From a virus (taxonomy: Duplodnaviria > Heunggongvirae > Uroviricota > Caudoviricetes): a DNA stretch of 38,116 nt. Under the pieces are notes generated by a model. It made no database searches, had not been told where the DNA came from, and saw only the letters and a list, made by a program, of their open reading frames with translations. Numbering within the stretch: position 1 is the stretch's first letter; every line of letters starts with the position of its first letter. The stretch spans positions 1-38,116 of IMG/VR virus record IMGVR_UViG_2802429226_000004; one strand, given 5' to 3'. Positions 32,395-38,116 of the stretch are shown one piece after another. Both the position numbers and the translations under genes were made by a program.

Positions 32395-34740
32395 ATGACG
32401 GTCTCAACCGAAGTTGACCACAACGAATACACCGGTAACGGCGTTACGACATCGTTTCCGTATACTTTTCGAATTTTCAGAAAATCAGACCTGGTTGTTC
32501 AGGTGTCTGACCTGAACGGGAACGTAACAGAATTGGTTCTGGATACCGGTTATACGGTAACTGGGGCGGGCACTTATAGTGGCGGTTCAGTGGTTCTGCC
32601 GTCTCCGCTTGCTGCTGGCTGGCGAATTACGATAGATCGTGTGCTTGATGTAGTGCAGGAGACAGATCTTCGCAATCAGGGAAAATTTTTCCCCGAAGTG
32701 CATGAAGATGCTTTGGACTACCTGACGATGCTGATCCAGCAATGTTTTGGGTGGTTCAGACGTGCATTGATGAAACCATCTTTGCTTGCAAAATATTACG
32801 ATGCAAAGCAAAACAGAATTTCTAACCTTGCAGATCCATCACTTGAGCAGGACGCTGTAAATAATCGCTCAATGCGTAATTATGTCGATGCTGCAATCGC
32901 CGGGGTTGTTGGTGGTTTTGGTTGGTTTATTCAGTATGGTTCTGGGGCAGTATACAGAACGTTCCAGGATAAAATGCGAGATAATTTTAGTGTTAAAGAT
33001 TTTGGGGCGAAAGGGGATGGGGTATATTCAGACTCTGATGCCATTAATGCCGCAGCATTAGCTGCTTTTAATAATGGTGGCGGGGGAATATTTTACCCTC
33101 CAGGTGTTTATTTAATAGATTCTCCTATCATTCTTTATACAGGCGTTCATCATAAAGGCTCTGGAAAGAGAGCAACATTTCTGTATGTTAAAAAAGGTAG
33201 TAATACAGATGTATTTAAAACACATGGCTTTGGCGTTGTGGAAAATCTGTCTGATGCGCCATATGGATTTAGCATAAAAGATATGACCATTGATGGTAAT
33301 TATCTTGACTTGCAAAGAGATACAAACTCATGGAGAACTTGCGACACTGTTAACAATGACTATGGAACTGCCATTAAAATATTCGGCAGCATGTACCACA
33401 TTGATGTTGAGATTAATAATGTTGCAGAACATGCTCTCTATTCAGAGGGGTATGGATCATTTCATGATAATCAGGAACACGCCTCTGAAGTGAGGATAAC
33501 GGGAAGAATTTCAGGGAGAGAGGGGGTTGTGTTCAGGGGGCCAGGTGATATTAACCTGGATTATATTGTTTTTGGCCTGTGTGGACTTCCTCCTTACAGC
33601 GCAAGATTAACAGCAACAAGCCAACAAAGCCTTCTTTATCCCGGAGAACCATGTCATGGAATTGTTCTTGATAATCAGTCTCCTTATACAGGACATGTCG
33701 ATATAAATTACATCCATGTATATGCCGTGTATTATGGCTATGGATTTAAGACGCTGGGTGTTAACCGATTCAATGCGAGGCACGTGTGTGTTGATAATAG
33801 TTTAGGTGGTTACTGGTTTACCAACGGGGCACATGGTGTTGTTGCCATCGCAGAAGCCAGGGCATGCGGAAGAATGCCAGATAACTACACTGGCGATTCA
33901 ATATCTCCTCTCCGCGACATGCTTCTGGATAACGGTACAATCTGGACACTTAACATCAATATAAAAGCACAAAGATATTCACCTTCAATTGATGATGATG
34001 GGTATCAGATAGCTATATCAGGCAACAACAATGTAGTTACAATAAACCAAATAGGTCAGTTACAGAGTGATAATACCCCTATTAAAGCCTCGTTTCTTTC
34101 TGTTACTGGTGACAATAACAATGTTACTTTTACATCCAAGAGGATAAAAGGAAATTTATGTTACTTATCTGGTGGCGGTAATAACATAAGAGGTACGTGT
34201 GATAATTTGTTCTCAGGTGCTGCTTTTATTCGCGACGCAACAAATTCAACAACAATTTGTTTTGCGAACAGTGTAGATATAACTGCGAAGGGGCTTTCTT
34301 CTGATTGTACTGGATTTAATAGTATTGGTACATGTGCATCAGAGAATATAAGGTTAATGATTTCTGGTGCTGTTGGATATACGAAGTTTACTGGCGATCG
34401 TATGGCTGCAATAAATCGAACTTGTGTTTGGATGGTAATGGCAACAATAGGAAATTCAATTAATGGTAAATCGACAGAGGATTATCTTGAGTGGGCTATG
34501 CCTACACCAACCGATGGTGATTTTCATGAGGTAGATATAGAACATAACTTCCTTTATGCTCCAACTTTAAATCAAATTTCATGGGCTTTCAGACAACCCG
34601 GTACTGAAGTTGTTGGTGCAACTATTGATTATATAAGACTCATTGGTGTTCCAACAGATACAACATTTAAAATCAGATATAAGTGGTCTGGTGCAGCCGC
34701 TTCTGGAAGCGCACCTATAGTAACGTTTCATATAAAATAA
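32395..34740 (+). CDS. tailspike protein with pectate-lyase-like beta-helix (probable polysaccharide depolymerase)
   Basis: 781 aa; N-terminal MTVSTEVDHNEYTGNGVTTSFPYTFRIF attachment domain; FSVKDFGAKGDGVYSDSDAINAAAL and repeated beta-helix-like segments; C-terminal two-thirds strongly AT-rich. Confidence 0.8.
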   Translation: MTVSTEVDHNEYTGNGVTTSFPYTFRIFRKSDLVVQVSDLNGNVTELVLDTGYTVTGAGTYSGGSVVLPSPLAAGWRITIDRVLDVVQETDLRNQGKFFPEVHEDALDYLTMLIQQCFGWFRRALMKPSLLAKYYDAKQNRISNLADPSLEQDAVNNRSMRNYVDAAIAGVVGGFGWFIQYGSGAVYRTFQDKMRDNFSVKDFGAKGDGVYSDSDAINAAALAAFNNGGGGIFYPPGVYLIDSPIILYTGVHHKGSGKRATFLYVKKGSNTDVFKTHGFGVVENLSDAPYGFSIKDMTIDGNYLDLQRDTNSWRTCDTVNNDYGTAIKIFGSMYHIDVEINNVAEHALYSEGYGSFHDNQEHASEVRITGRISGREGVVFRGPGDINLDYIVFGLCGLPPYSARLTATSQQSLLYPGEPCHGIVLDNQSPYTGHVDINYIHVYAVYYGYGFKTLGVNRFNARHVCVDNSLGGYWFTNGAHGVVAIAEARACGRMPDNYTGDSISPLRDMLLDNGTIWTLNINIKAQRYSPSIDDDGYQIAISGNNNVVTINQIGQLQSDNTPIKASFLSVTGDNNNVTFTSKRIKGNLCYLSGGGNNIRGTCDNLFSGAAFIRDATNSTTICFANSVDITAKGLSSDCTGFNSIGTCASENIRLMISGAVGYTKFTGDRMAAINRTCVWMVMATIGNSINGKSTEDYLEWAMPTPTDGDFHEVDIEHNFLYAPTLNQISWAFRQPGTEVVGATIDYIRLIGVPTDTTFKIRYKWSGAAASGSAPIVTFHIK

Positions 34741-34776
34741 ACAATTTATTAATTAGTTTTTAATTATATAGAAGGC

Positions 34777-34815
34777 ATCAGTCCCAATAAAATGGGGCTG
34801 ATTACTTTTCATTGT
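34777..34815 (+). terminator. putative rho-independent terminator after the tailspike gene
   Basis: CAGTCCC-AATAAAAT-GGGGCTG imperfect hairpin followed by a T-rich tract. Confidence 0.4.
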
Positions 34816-34957
34816 TTTCATAAAAAGGTAAAAAAATTAAATATTATTATTTGTTTGAACCTGGTTATAGAAGTAATTATTTTAAGGTAACATTAAACCT
34901 TATGTGGTTTGTTGTGTATGATAGTCTGTAAGTGAAGAGGTTCGATATGTACAGAAA

Positions 34958-35371
34958 ATGGTGTGTGCTATGTCAGTTCAAATAACATCAGAGTCTTTAA
35001 ATCAATGGCTTAGTGCTAGTTCTCTGGTTGCAGTGATAGCAGGAGTTCCTCCTGAGGTTGCTTTAGGTGCCTTAGCTGGTGCGGTAATCTTTGTTACCTC
35101 TGCTGTCGAGTATCCGATCCGCCGCCGAGTGCTCCTCTCTATGCTCAGCTTTCTTTGCGGCCTTCTCTTTTACAAACCTGCAGCATCAATTCTTATCGGA
35201 ATAGCCAGTCTGATCCCTACCATCACGAAGGAGTCTTTTGAGAAAGGGATTGTTTTCTCTGCTGGCGCATTCGTGTCAGCAATTGTCGCTGTGCGTATTG
35301 GTATATGGCTCTATCACCGTTCCGATAATCCACGCGAGTTAATTCCGGGGAGAAAAGGCGATGGTAACTAA
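34958..35371 (+). CDS. holin-like membrane protein (start uncertain; 34970 is an alternative)
   Basis: 137 aa with several hydrophobic helices; first gene of the cassette ending in endolysin and spanins. Confidence 0.5.
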   Translation: MVCAMSVQITSESLNQWLSASSLVAVIAGVPPEVALGALAGAVIFVTSAVEYPIRRRVLLSMLSFLCGLLFYKPAASILIGIASLIPTITKESFEKGIVFSAGAFVSAIVAVRIGIWLYHRSDNPRELIPGRKGDGN

Positions 35372-35669
35372 TGAGCTTGTTTTGCTTATCACCAATGCAC
35401 TTATTTGTACTGGCATAGCAATTCGTGTTGTCACATTCCGGCGTAACGGTTCACAACACCGAAGATGGGGAGGGTGGCTTGCTTATTTCCTTATTGTTGC
35501 TGCGGCCAGTATTCCTGTTCGTGTCGTCTATGCAATCTGGTTACGCACGCCAATGGCTGTGGATTTATCAGAGGTCATTATCAACGCTGTCATGCTTGCT
35601 GCGGTTCTTAAAACTCGCGGTAACGTCGTTCAGATTTTCAAAATAACGAGGTCTAAACATGGAGATTAA
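35361..35669 (+). CDS. second holin/antiholin-like membrane protein
   Basis: 102 aa, three hydrophobic segments, overlaps both neighbours; directly upstream of the endolysin gene. Confidence 0.5.
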   Translation: MVTNELVLLITNALICTGIAIRVVTFRRNGSQHRRWGGWLAYFLIVAAASIPVRVVYAIWLRTPMAVDLSEVIINAVMLAAVLKTRGNVVQIFKITRSKHGD

Positions 35670-36288
35670 ACAATTCCAGCGAGCTGCTGGTATTAGCGAT
35701 GCGCTGGCCGCACGCTGGTTCTCGCATATAACTTCTGCGATGAAAGAGTTTGGTATCAGCAAACCAGAAGATCAGGCAATGTTTATTGCTCAGGTCGGGC
35801 ATGAGTCTGGAGGCTTCACCCGGTTGCAGGAAAATTTCAACTACAGCGTCAGCGGACTGGCTAATTTCGTTCGGGCTGGGCGTCTCACTCAGGGACAGGC
35901 CAACGCATTGGGGCGCCGTGCTGGTGAACCACCATTGCCACTTGAGCGCCAGAGAGCGATCGCCAATCTGGTGTACAGCAAACGCATGGGTAACAATGCC
36001 CCAGGTGATGGCTGGAATTACCGTGGGCGCGGGCTTATCCAGATTACCGGTTTGAATAACTATCGTGACTGTGGAAACGGTCTGAAAGTTGACCTGCTGG
36101 ATAGTCCTGAACTGCTGGCGCAGGACGAATACGCGGCTCGTAGCGCGGCGTGGTTTTTTGCCAGCAAAGGCTGCATGAAGTATACCGGTGATATTGCACG
36201 TGTAACTCTGATTATCAATGGTGGCCGGAACGGCATCGACGACCGGCGCGCGCGGTACGTTACTGCCAGTAAGGTGCTGGTCGTATGA
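35659..36288 (+). CDS. endolysin, glycoside hydrolase family 19 (chitinase-like) type
   Basis: 209 aa; ...[12 protein letters not shown]... and ...[16 protein letters not shown]... match GH19-type phage endolysin signatures as recalled. Confidence 0.85.
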   Translation: MEIKQFQRAAGISDALAARWFSHITSAMKEFGISKPEDQAMFIAQVGHESGGFTRLQENFNYSVSGLANFVRAGRLTQGQANALGRRAGEPPLPLERQRAIANLVYSKRMGNNAPGDGWNYRGRGLIQITGLNNYRDCGNGLKVDLLDSPELLAQDEYAARSAAWFFASKGCMKYTGDIARVTLIINGGRNGIDDRRARYVTASKVLVV

Positions 36289-36767
36289 TCTGGGCATTCG
36301 TAAAAGCATACTGGAAACAGTTGATTATCATGGCGGTGCTTGCTGTTCTGGTCATATCAGGAGTTGTTGCCTGGAATGTGCACGGCAGTCGTCAGTACGA
36401 CGCCGGGTATGCACAGGCGAAAGAAGACCGCAAAACCGAAGATGAGAGAGTTCGTCAGCACTACGAACAGGAGAAATCGATCAATGAACGTGAAGCGCAG
36501 CAGAGGATCGACCAGGCGCGCAATGATGCTCTTGATGCTGCCGCTCGCGCTGGCCGGTTGCAGCAACAGCTCGTTGCCATCCGTGAGCAGCTCAGGCAGT
36601 ATAACGCCATTGTCGGCGCTGGGACGTCAGCCGCAGACACCGGAGTTTTGCTTGCCGACGTGCTCAGTAAATCTCTCGAGAGAAACAGACAACTGGCAGA
36701 GTATGCTGACCGGGCAGCCGAAGCCGGAAGAGTCTGTGAAAAACAGTACGACACCCTGACCAGATAG
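36285..36767 (+). CDS. i-spanin (Rz-like)
   Basis: 160 aa; N-terminal TM helix ([18 protein letters not shown]) followed by charged coiled-coil periplasmic domain; ATGA overlap with the endolysin gene. Confidence 0.7.
   Translation: MIWAFVKAYWKQLIIMAVLAVLVISGVVAWNVHGSRQYDAGYAQAKEDRKTEDERVRQHYEQEKSINEREAQQRIDQARNDALDAAARAGRLQQQLVAIREQLRQYNAIVGAGTSAADTGVLLADVLSKSLERNRQLAEYADRAAEAGRVCEKQYDTLTR
36484..36759 (+). CDS. o-spanin (Rz1-like lipoprotein) embedded in the +1 frame of the i-spanin gene
   Basis: 91 aa from ATG 36484: [26 protein letters not shown], a lipoprotein signal with LAGC lipobox, then Ser/Pro-rich mature region; AGGAG 10 nt upstream. Confidence 0.6.
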   Translation: MNVKRSRGSTRRAMMLLMLPLALAGCSNSSLPSVSSSGSITPLSALGRQPQTPEFCLPTCSVNLSRETDNWQSMLTGQPKPEESVKNSTTP

Positions 36768-36877
36768 CATGGCATTTTTCATGGTACTGATTTCCGGTGA
36801 CGGTATATAAAACGGTACGAGGAAAATTGAGCTTTGGAAAAACGTTATCACTCAATTGGTTATGGTGCCAGTAAATA

Positions 36878-36892
36878 ATTGAGTGGGAATAA
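36878..36892 (+). other. putative attR core / guaA 3'-end remnant (ATT GAG TGG GAA TAA = IEWE-stop)
   Basis: ATTGAGTGGGAATAA read in frame gives IEWE-stop, which I recall as the C-terminus of GMP synthase GuaA; phage genes end just left, host-like genes and a terminator lie to the right. Confidence 0.35.
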
Positions 36893-36953
36893 ACCCGAAC
36901 ACTAAATGCTGAGGTTTGCTATTCGTACGAGGCTTCAGCATATTTTGGTAACA

Positions 36954-36987
36954 AAACCCTCTGTTCATCCACTGGAGGGTTTTTTAT
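36954..36987 (+). terminator. rho-independent terminator (host-side, possibly the gua operon terminator)
   Basis: CCCTC-N13-GAGGG hairpin followed by TTTTTTAT. Confidence 0.55.
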
Positions 36988-37042
36988 GCAATTAAAAAGC
37001 CCATAATCCTCACGAATTACAGGCCTGGTAGTGGAAAGACGA

Positions 37043-37585
37043 TTAATTAAACCAACTGTCTGATTTATTCTCTTCTGCTTTACCCACGCTTTTCATCAAA
37101 TCACGACCACCTTCAGTCATATTCCTGTTAGCGTCAGCTTCAGATTGTACAACATCGGTTTGCGCTGCTTTGTGTTTCAGTTCCTGATCGATAAATTCGT
37201 TCTCACGCTTAACGCGCGCTTCTTCTTTTGCCAGCGCCAGTTTTTGCTTCTGAATCTCTAAGTTGCGCAGCTCATCTTCATAACTTTGATCGCGCTTTTT
37301 ATCCGCAGTGAATTCGGCGTCCCGTTTATCCTGGCGAGCTTTTTTATCCGCTGCTGCTGCTGCCGCTCTTTTATTCGCTGCGGCCTGAGCGTTTGCGCGC
37401 CGTTGCTTCTCTTGCTGGATTTCCCTGTTGCGCTCCGCAACCCATTCGTCATGCTGCCTTTGTTCTTCATTTTTGCCTTGCTGTTCAGCTTCTGCGACCG
37501 CAGAGAGTTGATCCTGTAATGAAGAGGCGAAAGCCGGGCTACTAACAGCAGCTAATATGGCGGCGCAAAGAAAAACTTTCTTCAT
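37043..37585 (-). CDS. secreted coiled-coil periplasmic protein, host-like (possibly YfgI-like)
   Basis: 180 aa; signal peptide MKKVFLCAAILAAVSSPAFA; highly charged Lys/Glu/Ala/Gln-rich helical body; GGAGGA RBS. Confidence 0.55.
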   Translation of the reverse strand: MKKVFLCAAILAAVSSPAFASSLQDQLSAVAEAEQQGKNEEQRQHDEWVAERNREIQQEKQRRANAQAAANKRAAAAAADKKARQDKRDAEFTADKKRDQSYEDELRNLEIQKQKLALAKEEARVKRENEFIDQELKHKAAQTDVVQSEADANRNMTEGGRDLMKSVGKAEENKSDSWFN

Positions 37586-37600
37586 GAGTCCTCCTGATAG

Positions 37601-38116
37601 TTAGCTCTTTTCAGGACATTTTGTATTTGGCTGAATACGCGTTTCGTTATAAGTGGTGGTAATAACAACGGCTAAACCCGTTGTGAACTGGCATTCTTTA
37701 CCCACCTGGGTGGAGGTGTACACTTTGGTGCCTTCCTTATAAGTTAAAGAGACACCTTCCACTAAGGTTTTATCATTCACCATAGTACCCGCTGCCGCGC
37801 CTACAGCTCCGCCACCAACTGCACCAGCCGTTGTTCCGGAGTTACTACCAGATCCAACGTTATGGCCGATAACGCCGCCTGCGACAGCGCCAATAAGTGC
37901 GCCAAAGGCTTGCGCATTCCGTTTATTTTGTGAGTTATCTACGGCAACTTTTGCGGGAAGAATGGAGATAATATTAACGGTTTTAGTTTCTTGCTTTGTA
38001 TTCAGTTGATCGGTTTGATAGACATCGGCGGCATGGTCGTCAGCATTTGACTGGCATCCTGCCAGGGTGAATGACGCTAAAATTGCCACAGGCAGAAAAC
38101 ATTTTTTAAATTTCAT
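37601..38116 (-). CDS. glycine-zipper outer-membrane lipoprotein, host-like (possibly YfgH-like); start codon at window edge
   Basis: 171 aa; lipoprotein signal with LAGC lipobox; Gly-zipper GALIGAVAGGVIGHNVGSG...GAVGGGAVGAAAG. Confidence 0.55.
   Translation of the reverse strand: MKFKKCFLPVAILASFTLAGCQSNADDHAADVYQTDQLNTKQETKTVNIISILPAKVAVDNSQNKRNAQAFGALIGAVAGGVIGHNVGSGSNSGTTAGAVGGGAVGAAAGTMVNDKTLVEGVSLTYKEGTKVYTSTQVGKECQFTTGLAVVITTTYNETRIQPNTKCPEKS

Noticed and set aside
1-38116. CRISPR arrays, insertion sequences or transposases
   Set aside because: No regularly spaced direct repeats with unique spacers and no transposase-like ORFs or terminal inverted repeats were seen; the only mobile element is the prophage itself.

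Overview
Nearly the whole window is one integrated temperate phage of an enterobacterial host (about 36.9 kb of prophage, then about 1.2 kb of host-like DNA). Left to right: a P4-type tyrosine integrase at the window edge (attL lies outside the window); a leftward early operon (small Kil-like ORF, YqaJ-type exonuclease, RecT annealing protein, AlpA/Xis-like protein, an MT-A70-type adenine methyltransferase flanked by overlapping small genes); a divergent immunity switch (two-HTH repressor on the minus strand, Cro-like gene on the plus strand) with 17-bp inverted-repeat operators; O-like and P-like replication genes with an iteron cluster inside the O-like gene; a run of small accessory genes (DUF1064-like, Ead/Ea22-like, DUF551-like, ASCH-like, a zinc-finger protein); terminase small and large subunits; a reverse-strand moron carrying a Gp49-like gene and a tRNA-Arg(UCU); a podovirus-type virion module (T7-like portal, scaffold, major capsid, decoration protein, tubular tail proteins A/B-like, four internal ejection proteins); two small membrane proteins and a reverse-strand moron; a tailspike with an AT-rich beta-helix domain; and a holin / GH19 endolysin / Rz-Rz1 lysis cassette. 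Near 36.88 kb the sequence carries what looks like the last codons of guaA (IEWE-stop), followed by a terminator and two convergent host-like envelope genes, which suggests an epsilon15/phiV10-like prophage inserted at the 3' end of guaA. I did not recognise a complete known defence system. The most unusual signals are three short motif families that recur at operon and module boundaries across the whole prophage: a 17-bp inverted repeat ATTACC-N5-GGTAAT, a plus-strand-only 10-mer TTATGTGGTT, and a perfect 12-bp palindrome GTGACATGTCAC. All protein family calls are from reading the translations and from memory of family signatures; no database search was run.
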